From positions 5,481,786 to 5,545,785 of the forward strand of contig MU062841.1 in the NCBI GenBank assembly GCA_013265495.1: a stretch of DNA of 64,000 nucleotides, in the 5' to 3' direction. A program made the translations under genes and the position numbers. Each line of letters opens with the position of its first letter. Position 1 is the first letter of the stretch. A model generated the notes under the pieces. That model was not told the origin of the DNA and did no database searches. It saw nothing but the letters and a program-made list of their open reading frames with translations. Origin of the DNA: Vicugna vicugna (Eukaryota). Shown one piece after another: positions 12,501-33,041 of this stretch.

Positions 12501-14753
12501 CTTCTGCAAAGAAAACAGGGGGTCAGAGGAGACAAGAACTCTACGACCTGCCAGAACCAAGAAGATTAGAGTTTTACAGTCCTTCTTTAAGGTAGAGCCA
12601 CAACCTTGGCCCTCAAAGAGCTATTAATCAAATTACAACCCTGACCCGTCTCTCTAACTCTGGCCCTCTCTCAAGATAGTCTCCCAATCTTGAGGAAACT
12701 AAACTGTAACGAGAAGAAATCAGAAGCTGAACTCTTCCTTTGAAGAGCAAACTATAAAGTACTTTGAGCCTTTGGAAAAGCAATACCCAAACACTATTTC
12801 TTTGGTTTGGACACTCTTACTGACTTAACCAGTCCCTACTTTCTCTGTTCTTTGGTCTTCATTATGAAACAAAGATAAGAGAACTCATTCCCCTGCTTTA
12901 GGATATATTTCAGCTAAAACACAGGAAACTAACGGTAAAGGCTTAATTCCTGCCCTCTTAGTCCCAAACTAGGAGTTAAACTCAGATAATACCCATGAAT
13001 TTTAACTGAGACAGAAAAGGCTATCCCAAAACTCTTACCTCCCAGTCAAAAATAACAGACTTTTTAAAAAGTAAACTAGGGTAGATGTGAGGAACAGGGA
13101 AAAGAATTCATTTTTCTTTTACCTGAAAGAAGTTTTGTCATCCAAAATCATTTGTAACTTAAAACACAAAGCAGGGGTGAAGCAACTGTCCTCTGTTTGG
13201 GAACCATACCACCCACCTTTCCATACCTCTAACTGGCCTGAATAGACCACAAACCTGTTATTCGAGCCCCAGGTTTGAACTGTAGGAATTTCTGCTCCCA
13301 CATGTCTTCCAAATCTTGAGCCAGCAATATATTTTGCTCATCTTCTTCTTCTTCATAAAGGTCACTTTTCCTCTTTTCCAGTTGCTGGGCTTCTTCCAAA
13401 GCACGAAGCTCATGGTCTGAATACAGACTTCTCTCTATCTCGATCTGAGAAAATTAAAAGGGCAAAAATCTACCCCAAACTGGGAAAATTAAAAGGACCA
13501 AAAAAACAGGCAGACTAAAACAGAGCTACAGCACACCTGACAGACTCAGACTGTTTACCACCCAACATAACCAGACACATAATCAAAACACCACAGTGAA
13601 AACAGAGAAAGGATAAAGGTCACCTGCACTTTGGGCCTAAGTTATATTTGCTAAAATGTCTAATTGTGATTGGAGGTCAGGGCTACTACAAAGAACAGGA
13701 GACTAGGACAGGCATTGCCTACCCAGTTACCACCCTCTAGTCATGTAAGTCTTTGATCAGAATCTCACTCATCATGGACTTTCCTGCCTCAGGAAGTTTA
13801 CATATGCTGTTCCTTCTTCCTAGGGTGTTTTAACTCATGCTTTCCTAGGAGATTCCTACTCACCCTTTGGAACTCGATTTAAATATCATTATCTTAAGAA
13901 AGATATTCCTTGACACCCCCCATAAAATCAAATTAAGTGTCTCTGTTAAACACTCTTTCTGTACCCTGTGTTTTCCTTTACAATGCTAACCAGAGACTGC
14001 AGTTCCACATAGGATTATTTGGTTATTGACTGACACCTCCTCCACTAGCCTGAAGTGCTCTGAGAACCAGAGCTATGTCTGTCTTACTCACCACTGCATC
14101 TCTAACAGTTAACATAAGGTCTGTATCAAACAGCTGCTAAATGATTATCTGTAAAGTGATTAATACAATATTTACAGAGTAAATTAAAAAGCACGTAAGT
14201 GAGGTTTATATCTCTCAGTAGCCAAGACAAAAACATCACAAGTTCTGGGGAAACACAGTATCTTTTAATCACTCTCTATGGGGATTTAACCCCCTCAGAG
14301 CCATTACACTTGTTTTTGCCCATGTTTCTTTATTTGTCCCTCATACAAATAAACTTTATTACTTACTCTTGCAGGTAAGTATACTGAAATTCATAGAACT
14401 AAAGTGACTTTCCCAAGGTCACACAGATTAATCGGTGCCTGAGTCAGTCTCAAACCCAGGCCAGCGTGCCTCTATTGCTTCCCCAGCTGTGGCCTTGAAG
14501 CCATGGCCCGCACCTCAGGTCTCACCTGCTGCAGCAGAGCCGCCATCTCTTCCTGCAAGGGGGTCAGCGGCTTCGAGACCAGAGGTGGCCGCTGCAGGCA
14601 CAACGCGCCCATCAGGCGCCATGGAGACCCGCTGCTCGAGGGCGCGGCGGCAAGGGCCAGGCTGCGAGAACCCAGGCTACGGGGCCAGGGGCCCTCGAAA
14701 CGCCGCCAGCCTCTCGCCACCCCTAACACAGTCCGCCTTATAGGCGCCGCCAT
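6308..14753 (-). CDS. MRPL46: Mitochondrial ribosomal protein L46, spliced CDS complement(join 14526-14753, 13255-13444, 12330-12503, 6308-6558) = 843 nt, 280 aa
   Basis: The four exons translate in continuous frame: [11 protein letters not shown]...MAALLQQ / [16 protein letters not shown]...PGARIT / [19 protein letters not shown]...AERSLVNLS / [19 protein letters not shown]...KRFLLDL*. This matches recalled human MRPL46. All introns are GT-AG and the phases (0,1,1) are consistent. Confidence 0.97.
7340..8300 (+). mobile_element. Ancient L1 (L1M/L1ME-type) ORF2 3' end and 3'UTR fragments
   Basis: A-rich sequence with L1 3' hallmarks (AAAAGATGCTCAATCTCATT, TTTGATCTAGCTACTCTGCTTCTAGAATT, CACTGTAGTTTTATTTGTAAAAGC). 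A further fragment lies at ~8530-8830. Confidence 0.7.
10107..10327 (+). mobile_element. MER20 (hAT-Charlie MITE)
   Basis: TAGTGGTTCTCAAC...GCTACTGGCATC...TGCTAAACATCTTACAATGCAC...TGAGAAACCTTG matches the recalled MER20 consensus. Confidence 0.85.
10777..12143 (+). pseudogene. TDRD3: 5'-truncated processed pseudogene (retrocopy) of TDRD3, antisense within MRPL46 intron 3
   Basis: Stitched + frames give QGQYR...[10 protein letters not shown]...[16 protein letters not shown]...[10 protein letters not shown]...[12 protein letters not shown]...KLYRAE...[19 protein letters not shown]...[21 protein letters not shown] (stop 11820-11822). This matches the recalled C-terminal half of human TDRD3, including the Tudor domain. 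No introns; several stops and frameshifts; AATAAA at 12069-12074; A-rich tail at ~12091-12143; candidate TSD AATCTCA at 10770-10776 and 12144-12150. Confidence 0.93.
12330..12503 (-). CDS. MRPL46: MRPL46 coding exon 3 (174 nt)
   Basis: Acceptor TTTCTTTGCAG|AA and donor TCAG|GTGAGT. Encodes the Nudix-like segment [18 protein letters not shown]. Confidence 0.96.
13255..13444 (-). CDS. MRPL46: MRPL46 coding exon 2 (190 nt)
   Basis: Acceptor TTTTCTCAG|ATC and donor ACAG|GTTTGT. Encodes [63 protein letters not shown]. Not in the ORF track. Confidence 0.95.
13780..14165 (+). mobile_element. L2 3' end fragment
   Basis: CTCTGAGAACCAGAGCTATGTCTGTCTTACTCACCACTGCATCTC is characteristic of the L2 terminus. 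Confidence 0.6.
14526..14753 (-). CDS. MRPL46: MRPL46 coding exon 1 (228 nt, includes mitochondrial targeting peptide)
   Basis: ATG at 14753 in context AAGATGGCG. Arg/Leu/Ser-rich N-terminus. Donor CAG|GTGAG at 14526/14525. Confidence 0.96.
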
Positions 14754-15137
14754 CTTACAACTTTCCCACAAGGTACCGCGCTCCCAACGGGGTTTTGGGC
14801 CAATCCCTTGTTCCCACAAGGCAGCGCGGGAGCGGCCAGACGGGAAGAGCTCGGTTCCCCAGAACTACTAGAACGAACCATTCCAATTTGGAGGGGTGGG
14901 CGAAGATCTCATATTAAAAAATTAGGAAAAGTGGGAGATTCCCAGTTGCACTCGTAATGATAGTTATTATGGAGCGTATAATTGGGAATACAAATCTTTA
15001 ATGTACCTTATGAAGAGGAATCAGATGACTTTTCCTCTGCACCCCCCCCCACTAGCGCTCGTGGTGCTGGCGCCGCTCCAACTCCACCAAGCTCCGCGGT
15101 CTCCGCGGCCGGGGCCTGAGTGGGGTCAACTTAAGTC
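14754..15137. promoter_or_regulatory. Bidirectional CpG-rich promoter shared by MRPL46 and MRPS11
   Basis: The divergent ATGs at 14753 and 15138 are 384 bp apart, with CpG-dense flanks (~14500-14860 and ~15050-15560). Motifs: YY1-type AAGATGGCGGC overlapping the MRPL46 start, CCAAT at 14800-14804, and two ZNF143/SBS-like TTCCCACAAGG copies at 14763-14773 and 14811-14821. Confidence 0.85.
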
Positions 15138-24369
<9,232 letters not shown>

Positions 24370-24649
24370 CGGGCAGGAAGCCTGCACCTGAATCTGACCT
24401 CAAGTCCCTCTTCCAGCCTGGAGCTCATAGAAAGCACGCTGTCAGAGCTCTCTCCGGAGGAGGGCTTGGTGGAGGTCCCTCAGGCACTGAGGGAGAGCTC
24501 TGCCCGCTTACCTGGTGGCCTTTGTTGTTCTTCCAACTAGAGACCGGTGTGCCCAGTAGTGAGGCCATGCCTCTCTTGGACATGAGGGGAGCTACAGGGG
24601 TGGCTGTGGCCCAGACTCCAACCAGTGAACGCTGCCTCTGCTCTGTGAA

Positions 24650-24655
24650 AATAAA
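24650..24655 (+). terminator. Probable MRPS11 polyadenylation signal AATAAA (a second AATAAA lies at 25029-25034)
   Basis: Canonical hexamer ~280 nt after the stop, followed by a GT/T-rich stretch (tgttaggttttttg). Confidence 0.7.
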
Positions 24656-27600
24656 AATATCTCTACCGTCTGTAGTAATTTGTTAGGTTTTTTGCTTCCA
24701 GAATTGCAAACAGTTACCCCCACTTCCTCCTGAAAGTGAGACTGTGAATTGAGGGGTGCCCCTGGATGGAAGGATTGAGTCGTAAATGTGAGCTGCTTTG
24801 TACCAGATACCTGCCTTGGGTTATTGCTATGAGTGCCTCTGGGTCAAAGCCAGTAGCACAGGACTGGCTACAGAGGGAGGCTGCTCCTCTCCTCCGCTCC
24901 CCTGCTCTCCCCTTCCCTCCCTAGGCAAAAAGACAAATAGAATTTCTTTCCTTTCAGTGTAGATGCAGTGTTTTCCCTTCTTTCAGCCAAGATCATCACC
25001 TGACACCAAGCTATACCGTCACCACTAAAATAAACCTATTTAACACTAGAGTACCTGGATGCTGGCAGAATATCCCTTGGCATTTAGGAGAAACAATTTT
25101 CCAGCCATCTGCCTGCAGCCTGGCTCTGACATGGCCATAAATTTTTTTTTTCCTAAAAAGCATATATACCCTCCCCCTGGCGCCTTTATTCCTTCTCTCT
25201 AGTCATTATTCTCCTACCCTGGGAAGACACATTGCTTTTTAAATCTAAGTATTAGCCCAAAGTGATGGAGAAGCCACTGCCAAAGCAGGAACGGTCCATC
25301 CGACCAACGTTTGCAGACGCGGACTACCGCACAAACGCAGGCTGAGCACTGGGGGAACAGGTGTGGCGCCATCATTCCTGTCCCGGAGCTCACAGGCATG
25401 TGGCTGAATTAGTCAGAAAGAGGTTCCATACGAGGCATGAATCTTATCGGTGTTTGAGTGAAAGAATGATCCCCTCAGTTCATCCCATCAAGGGATCACC
25501 CGATGTCTTTAGGATTAGAAACCCGCAAAGCAGCATGGCCACAGGCTGAGGGGTAAGAGATCATCAGGTTACTGGGTCTGGCTCAGTTGGCATGTGGGTC
25601 AGGGGTTTAGACCAGATAGGAAGACAAATGGAGGTAAAAGCTTACCAAAGCATCAAGAGAAAAGGAAGGAGGAAAAAACCTGTGGTCACACAGTTTCGAT
25701 AGATGTGATGGAGAAAGGGAGGTGAGCATGTCAAAGGCTGCAGTCAGAAAGAACTTGAGAGTTAAAGAGATGTTAGAGCTAGCTTATTTACCGGCAGTGA
25801 AGTTGCGTACGTAGGCATCAAAAAGAGAGTGAGAATAGAGTCACTGAGGTGGACAAACTACAAGAGGTGGACAAAGAAAGTTGTCAGCCTCTGTGCTGAA
25901 GCGCCATAGTGGGCATCAGGGCCGGGGATAGAGAAGTCTGAGAGTGAGAGTCCGCAAGCAGCACGGAGCAGCCAGAGCGCAGGAAGGAGTACAGAGGCTT
26001 AGGAAGAGGTGGGTAACAGATGCACGAACAGAAGACAAGGACCGTTGGGAGGAGATGGCAGAATGATGTCCCAGAAGGGAGGAGGCGTTGGCAACACTCT
26101 GATTCCCATCCCGGGCCACTGGGGGTGAGATGTGCAGAGTTGGGAGGAACGGGGAGAATGATGGTAATGAACTGAGCCCTAGGGACCACAGAAGAAAGGG
26201 CAGGCTGACAAGAGTCCTGGAGAAGAACACAGGCTGCAGGTTGGGGCAGGGGTGCCCGGTGTGGTGACTGGAGATGCTGAGAGGGTGTGGGGACAGAAGA
26301 GGCTGGGGAGTGCCTGGAGGGGGTGAGGACAGAGCGCCGCCATGGTCATGTCTGGTTTGGAACCTGTGTCCAGTGTCTGCTCTGCCTCTAACCTGCTTTC
26401 ATAAAGGATACTGAAGGTCAGAACCCATGGGAAGATGCTCAGTCTTACTAGTAATCAAGGAAATGCTAATTAAAACGCATGACCATCATTCCCCAAGTGG
26501 TGCTAATCCAAGCCACAATGGTGACAAGATCTCCCAGGAAAAAAGCAGAGAACAGGGAAAAGCAGACCCGGTGTTGTATCCTGCGAGAAGGACGAGGCTG
26601 CAAGGAGGCAGGGATGGAGCAATCAGGGAGACAGCAGGTGCGGCATCTCAGAAGCCAAAGGGCTGAGCACTTCAGGAGGGAGGGGACAGCCAAGGTGCAG
26701 ACTGCGGCTGAGCGGCCGGGTAGGAGTTCGAGCAAGGTGAGGACTGGGCAACACCCATGGATTTGGCAACGTGAAGGTCATGATTCACCAAAGGGGAAGA
26801 GGGGGGAAGATTCCACAGAGGCGCCAAGTCTTCTGGTAGAAGCTGTGTCATGGCCACGGGGCATGTATGAGGAGATGGCGGCCATGAGTCAGGGTGTATA
26901 GGAACCCTGGACCTGAGGGAGAGGGGAGGGGAGAGGCCTGGAGCTGGAGGGGAGCAGACCTTAGCATGGCGGTGGCAGAAGGCCAGGGCTCAGAGGGAGA
27001 CAGCGGTGTGGGGCCCCCTATGTCAGGCGCCTGGTCTAAGTTGGGAACAGCAGTGTCTGACGCCAGCCACTTGGGCACTGACATCAAAAACAAAGTCCCT
27101 GCAATCAGTAGGCAGGGAAACTTTTTTCCCCCAATATTCCATAAATTGTTCTGAAATAAAAGTGCTCTCCCTCTCTGAGCTCTTATTGGGATGGGAGGTG
27201 CAGATATAAATAGCCAGAGCCTCGTCAGAGGGAGATCTGGCCGCGTCGGTGAACACCTAAGATGGACAGACCTTGAGCTTCCCAACTCCCTCCTAGGAAT
27301 TTACCAGACGGAGCAGTGCTGTCCCTGCTCGGAGACTCCCCGCTCTACGTCAGTGCCCTGTAGCCACACTGCCAGCCCAGCAGCCAGTAGCCCCACGGGA
27401 CTCTTGAGCACCTGCGACGTGGCTTGCTTAACAGAGGAGCTGAGAGTTCAGTTTTATTTAATTTCAATTAATTGAGATATAAATCCAACATGCGGCTGGT
27501 GGCTACTATACTGAACACCGCAGCTGAGGTGTGCTTTCACGTGGGTGGGAGGACGCAGAGATGAACGCTCACCGAGGCACCGTGAGGAGCCGTGGAAGAC

Positions 27601-27892
27601 TGGAACCCGACTGTCCATCAGCAGTTAAAGAAATGACAGTCCATCCACATAATGGAATGTTAGCGCTGAAACAGGCCAAGATACACTGCTAAGGGAAAAC
27701 AGTGTGCATAATACAGTGACAAATTTTATAGATAAATACAGGATATGTGTACATAAATGTATACACATCGAGTATTTGGAAAGACACACCCCAAGCGGTA
27801 GCGTTCTCTACAGGGAGAGAAATGAAATGACTGGGAAACAGGCAGAAAGAAGACTTTTCACCTTTTTCACCTTTGGAAAAGGGTGCCATATA

Positions 27893-28091
27893 CAGTTGCC
27901 CCTTGAACAATTTAGGGGTGAGGGGCCCGAACCCTCCACATAGTTAAAAATGCGAGAATAACCCACAGTCGAGCCTCTGTATCCGCAATTGTACATCCAG
28001 GGATTCATGTAGTATTGTATGTATTTAAGGGGAAAAATCTAAGTGTAAGTGGACTCTCGAAATTCAAACCATGTTGTCCAAGGGTCAACTG
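27893..28091 (+). mobile_element. Tigger2-family MITE (MER8/MER28-like) with TIRs
   Basis: Left TIR CAGTTGCCCCTTGAACAA and right TIR TTGTCCAAGGGTCAACTG, preceded by TA. Confidence 0.8.
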
Positions 28092-29160
28092 TCCATGTTG
28101 TTTATTCAGATTAATTAGTGAACCAATTAAAATAAAAAATAGAGAAGTAAAGAGCTAGTTGATAAGAAATGTGTAGAAGCTGCAGTCAGGCATCATGTAA
28201 ATTTTCTGAAGTATGCAGATAACATTTTTTTAAATAGACATTTTGACACACACAGACCTGGAACAGCCCCCAACCTGCAGCTGGCCCGGTTCTTGGGGAA
28301 AGACATCCGCCTTGGCTCTGAAATTTGTTCTGGTAATCAGTCTGCCCCCTCCCCTCTGCCTGCCCGGGGTTCAAATTAAATTGTGCACATGCTCTGAGAT
28401 TCAGCGTAACAGGTCTTGCCAGAAAAGTCGGCCCAGGTGTCATTACTGCTTGGCTGGAAGGAGGGGGCAGACGGAGCGCAGAGCCTGGTTTCCATAGTGC
28501 CTGGTGGCAGCTTAACCCCCCTGGATTTGCATAATCCCCTTGAACTGAAAGGAAATGTCAACTGAGGGGCAGCATGGTGTCACAGGGGCCCTGGCTGCAG
28601 GACACCTGTCGTCTCAACCCAGCTTGAGCACAGACTCAGCAGGCTGTCAGCCACACTACCCTCCCCACAATGGACCTCAGTTTCCCCCTCAGGAACAAGA
28701 GGCAGTCTAGTGGGCTGTGGCTCTGGCACCTGGGAGCGCACAGATCAACCACAACTGGGAGGAAAGCCCGGGTTCCCATGCGCTGGCTTGCACTGGCGGA
28801 GAGCCTCAGCCTGTGACCCAGGCCTGACTGGATGCCCTGGAAATGCCATTGGCTCTTCTCCCCACGTGCTCTCCCCAGGGCTGCAGGCTGCCATTCCTCC
28901 CAGCCTGCTTGCAGCAAGGAGGGCAGGAGCTTCAGGGATACCCAGCCCCAGATGGAATCCTGTCTCTGCATCAGGGGAAGCTCAGCTGCTCCATCTCCAC
29001 GGGGCTGTTAGGGGCATTTGCTCAGACAACAGTGCACTCGCTTGGACACCGCTGGTGCTCATCCCGGCGCCTCAGTGCTCATCCCGCACCGCTCCCTCCA
29101 CTCCAGCCTGCAGGGTCCTGGCTGGGAACAGAGGTGGATGCAGATGCAAGCCATTCTTGC

Positions 29161-29180
29161 TGTTATTATTGTTGTTGTTG

Positions 29181-29237
<57 letters not shown>
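29161..29237. repeat. Compound microsatellite (TTG)n(TTA)n
   Basis: About 5 TTG units followed by about 17 uninterrupted TTA units. Confidence 0.95.
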
Positions 29238-29241
<4 letters not shown>

Positions 29242-29790
29242 GCTCAAAGCTTTTTTTCCTGTGATTTTAATTGGAAAATATTCTGTAGGAGCCAACCTCC
29301 TACTCTGTTAAACCCACTCAACTGTAGATTAAGCCAGATTGTTACAAATTTGCAGCCAAAAATTAAATTAAATTTAAAAGCCAAATGATTCAACAGTCTA
29401 TCCTTCAAGAATCTTTCCTCTGTCCCTCCTTCCTTGAAAATCTATCCACACTCATATAAAATACATGTAGAAGCTGGTATCTGCCCTCAGCAGCTTCGAG
29501 GCTGGCAGGGAAGACAAATTCAGAAAAAGTCCATTGTAATCACACTGGTGCAGGTGTGGGTGGGTGTGATGGTACTGGTGATGAGAAGAGGTATCAAGGA
29601 AGACTTCCTAGAGGAGGTGACACTTGAGCTCAAAATATGAGTAAACATTAGAAGGGAAATGTGGGGGATGAGGGGTGATGGGGGAAGTTTCCAGCAGAGA
29701 GGATGGCGTGGACAAAGGGCAGAGTGCAGAAATGAGTCTGTGCGGTAAACTACAGACAGGTGGGAGCATCATGTGAGGGAGCAGGGAGGC

Positions 29791-30110
29791 TGCAGCAGGC
29801 TGAATAATGGCCCCCAAAGACATCAGATCCTAACTCTGAAATCTGTACATGTCACCTCACATGGGAACAGGGTCTTTGTAGATGGACTAAGGATCTAAAA
29901 ATGAGATTATCCTGGATTATCTGGGTGGACCCTAAATGAGATCACAGGTATCCTTAAGAAATGGAGGCAGCAGGAGATCTGACGGCACTGACAGAGGAGG
30001 GGCAGGCCATGTGACCATAGAGGCAGAGCTTGGAGTGATGAAGCCACAAGCCAAGGACCGCCTGGAGCCACCAGAAACTCCTAGAGGCAAAGAACAGACT
30101 CCCACTAGAG
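29791..30110 (+). mobile_element. MaLR LTR 5' part, MLT1C/D-like
   Basis: GAATAATGGCCCCCAAAGA...GAGATTATCCTGGATTATCTGGGTGG...CCACAAGCCAAGGA...CTAGAGGCAAAGAACAGACTC. Confidence 0.8.
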
Positions 30111-32309
30111 ATGAGATGAGAGTTTGCTGGAGAACAGATGTCAGGACTGCCTGGCAGGTCTCGTTCAAGAAAGGTTTAGAGGCAAAATTGCTCTGGGTTG
30201 AAGAGGACCAAGAAGCACCGGAGCTGCCACAGGGCGTGTCTAACAGGAGGGACTCGGGGCTGCGGCAGCCTTGACTCCGCACCAGCGCCCCACCTCTGCA
30301 GGACCGACCGGGCTCCCTCCCTGGGTCCTGCATCCCGGGCCCCTCTCCAGCCCCTGGGCTGCGTGAGAGGAGCACAAAGCCACCTCCAGGAGAGGACAGT
30401 CAGGATCCTGGCAGCATGTCCCTGGGAGCAGGCAAAGCACATTGTCCTGTCAGGACTGGGATAATTGGGGCAGCAACGGAAATGCACTTCTCACCTATTT
30501 TCTGCCTGATTGAAGAGAACTTTGCAGTCATTTAGGGCCCTCACACCCCTATAATCAGAGCGTGTGTCACTCAGATGGAGGCAGAAAACTGGGTCACCGT
30601 GTGGGCTCCAGAGCCTCCAGGATGTGACAAAGAGAACAGGCCCACCAGGTCCTGTGCGCCACAAGGACATGGCCCACTCCATGCAGCCCCTCAGCGAGGG
30701 CCACGTTCAGGAAGCAGGCCGAACGCCCATCACTGCCTCAGATCAACAATATCAGATCTCCTCTTCTGTACGTCAGGACCCCTGTCTCAGGAAGATTCCA
30801 CGGCATTCTGGTTGCTTTTATTTTAAGCCTAAGTACCATTCTGATATTCAATTCTCTCCAGGGATCTAAAATTCAGTCAAATCTATAACAAAACTCCAGT
30901 CTCTGGGCCTTTCAAAGCTTCTCCCCTGGCCGCTCTGCAGATTCTGTCTTCACTCCTCCTCGGTCAGCATGGGGGAGGATAGAACGAGAGGGAAAGTGCA
31001 AAGCTTGTCCTGCTCTCCGGGGGGCTCTCTTGCCAGCACACTTCCTTTACAACAGGCTGGCTCTCATATGGGCCCCTGGTGGGTTCTTTGGGCCCAGTCT
31101 CCATATGCCACCATGCCGAGACCTCTGCCCTGGGCTTTTCTATGGTGGACATGATGTGCTGCCCCAACACCCACTCCCCCAGGGAAGGGCCTGTTGCCCA
31201 GCCGCTGTCAGCTCCAGGGAGAGCCACAGAGAGCTGCAGTGCCCAGGTCACACCCTTCCAACGGCACGCCCACCTGCTGGCTGATGGAGGCCCAGTGTTA
31301 GGGCCTGGTCCCCTCTGACAGGCACCGTGGGATTGGTTTAGGCCTGCAGCACAGCTCGCCTTCTCTCTGCCCACCCTGCTTCCTCCCCTCCCTTCCACAG
31401 GGTCTCTCCTGGGCCGCTCCCTAACAAACATCCCGCACACAGGAGTGTCTCAGAGTCTGCTCTCTGGAGAATCCAAACACAACCCCTTAAGCGACAAGCT
31501 CCCTGCCCTGTGGCTCAGCCCACCCAGCCTCCTACTGCAGGGACCCCTCAGCCCCAGCAGGTGAATGGGCTCAAGCCCAGCTCCCTCCACAATCCCCACT
31601 GAGCCACAGGAACCGTGGAGATGCCCCACTCGTCCTTGCCGCACCAGCTGCTGCCCCTCTCCCCTGCCCCGCTTTGCCAGCATCATCCCTCCTGGAAGCA
31701 GGCACCACTCTCCATCTTCATGTGTATCCCCCACCCGCACGCTCTGTGAGATACATCAATGTTTTGCTGTCAGGAACTCGCTTGAACTCTGCCTTAGAGG
31801 TGGCACGGAGCAGGCTCTTAGGTTTTCTGCCGCTTAGTATGCGGCCAGCCAGGGCATGAGACACGACTCTCCCCTTCTGATAGGTGCCCCAAGCCCCCCA
31901 AGTCCTTCCCCCCAGCACTTGGCTCTGAAGCAGGGGAAAGCCGCCATGGCTGTCTGTAGGGTCTCATTAGTTAGCTGTGCTCGCACAAGATCTGGAAGGA
32001 AGAACAGAGGCAGAGACCACGCCCTCCCCACTCCTTCCGAGCCATGGCAGCGTTCCCATCCTTGGGTCAAGGAGAGGCAGTGGTCTGAGGTCCCCCACGC
32101 CCGCAAATGCTCCCGAAGCCCTGTCTTCCTTGTAAGGCAGAGGCAGCAACTCCCGCAGGGTCTGCAGGGGTGTTCTGGGTCCTTCCAATGGTGGTGTAAA
32201 CACCAAATTTCCAGTAACAAATCCTTTCCTACCCAAAACAGCCAGAGGGCTGTTTGTCTTGCAGGTATGTGACTAGCGCTTCTCTTTACCACCCCTTCTC
32301 ATCCTCAAC

Positions 32310-32420
32310 TGTACACATGGAATTCTTGGGGACCCTTATCAAAATGCAGGTTCTGATCAGTGGGTCTTGTGTGAGGCCTGAGAGTCTGCATTTCTCACAA
32401 GTTCCAGGTAATGCCTTTGC
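32310..32420. mobile_element. MER5A-like hAT-Charlie fragment
   Basis: CTTATCAAAATGCAGGTTCTGA...GGCCTGAGAGTCTGCATTTCTCACAAGTTCCAGGTAATGC. Confidence 0.65.
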
Positions 32421-32856
32421 AGTCACCCCACCTAAGAAAGTGCTAACATGTAATAGTGTTCAGCAAACATTGGCAGGACTCACCGAGGGGAGGAGCCGAA
32501 GCCAGTGGCTGGGGTGGGAGCCTCACCTCGAGCCTCACTTACCCAGGGCTGCCCTGACTGGCCCATGCTGCAGGGCAGACAATACCCAGCTGCAAACTCA
32601 GCCATATTCCAGACAATGCCATGAGAATGCTGGCGAGCGTTAGACATGCAGTTCTTAACACAGTTTTGTAGAATATTTCTGGAGAAACTTTCCAAAACAA
32701 TAAGGAAAAGACTAGATTGCCAACAAGATGAATAACTAAAATGATATGTGGGAGTGGATTTTTGAGTGTTGTCCAGAGTTCAAAATATTAGTCAGTGTCA
32801 GATTCTGAAAGGACACACCTTACTGATGTCTCTAAAATGTGACAAAAGAATTTAGA

Positions 32857-33041
32857 GGGGGGAGGGTATGGCTCAGTGGTAGAGTGCGTGCTTAGCATGC
32901 ATGAGGTCCTGGGTTCTATCCCTGGTACCGCCACTAAAAAATAAATAAATAAAACTAATTCCTCCCCCCAACCCAATAAAAAGAAAAATTTGCAAAAAAA
33001 AAAAAAAAAAAGGACAGGAAAAACAAGAGTTTAAAAAAAAG
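32857..33041 (+). mobile_element. tRNA-Ala-derived SINE (camelid vic-1-like), full length with A-tail
   Basis: Head GGGGGGAGGGTATGGCTCAGTGGTAGAGTGCGTGCTTAGCATGCATGAGGTCCTGGGTTCTATCCC has Pol III A and B boxes and the AGC anticodon loop. A-rich tail. 10-bp TSD AGAATTTAGA at 32847-32856 and 33042-33051. Confidence 0.9.

Noticed and set aside
14472-14819. Upstream-extended MRPL46 N-terminus (MWEQGIG...)
   Set aside because: It begins at a non-ATG codon in the promoter. The conserved start is MAAP at 14753, and the downstream tail is intron read-through.
26336-26404. Perfect Kozak GCCGCCATGG opening a 20-aa ORF
   Set aside because: Intergenic, no promoter or splice context, and no recognisable peptide. 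Compatible with chance.
28710-29388. ORFs with poly-Leu, poly-Tyr and poly-Ile runs
   Set aside because: Translations of the (TTG)n(TTA)n microsatellite.
32857-32935. tRNA-Ala(AGC)-like sequence (also at 46785 and 48011)
   Set aside because: Followed by SINE body and A-tail, two copies have TSDs, and the stems are mismatched. These are tRNA-derived SINEs, not tRNA genes.
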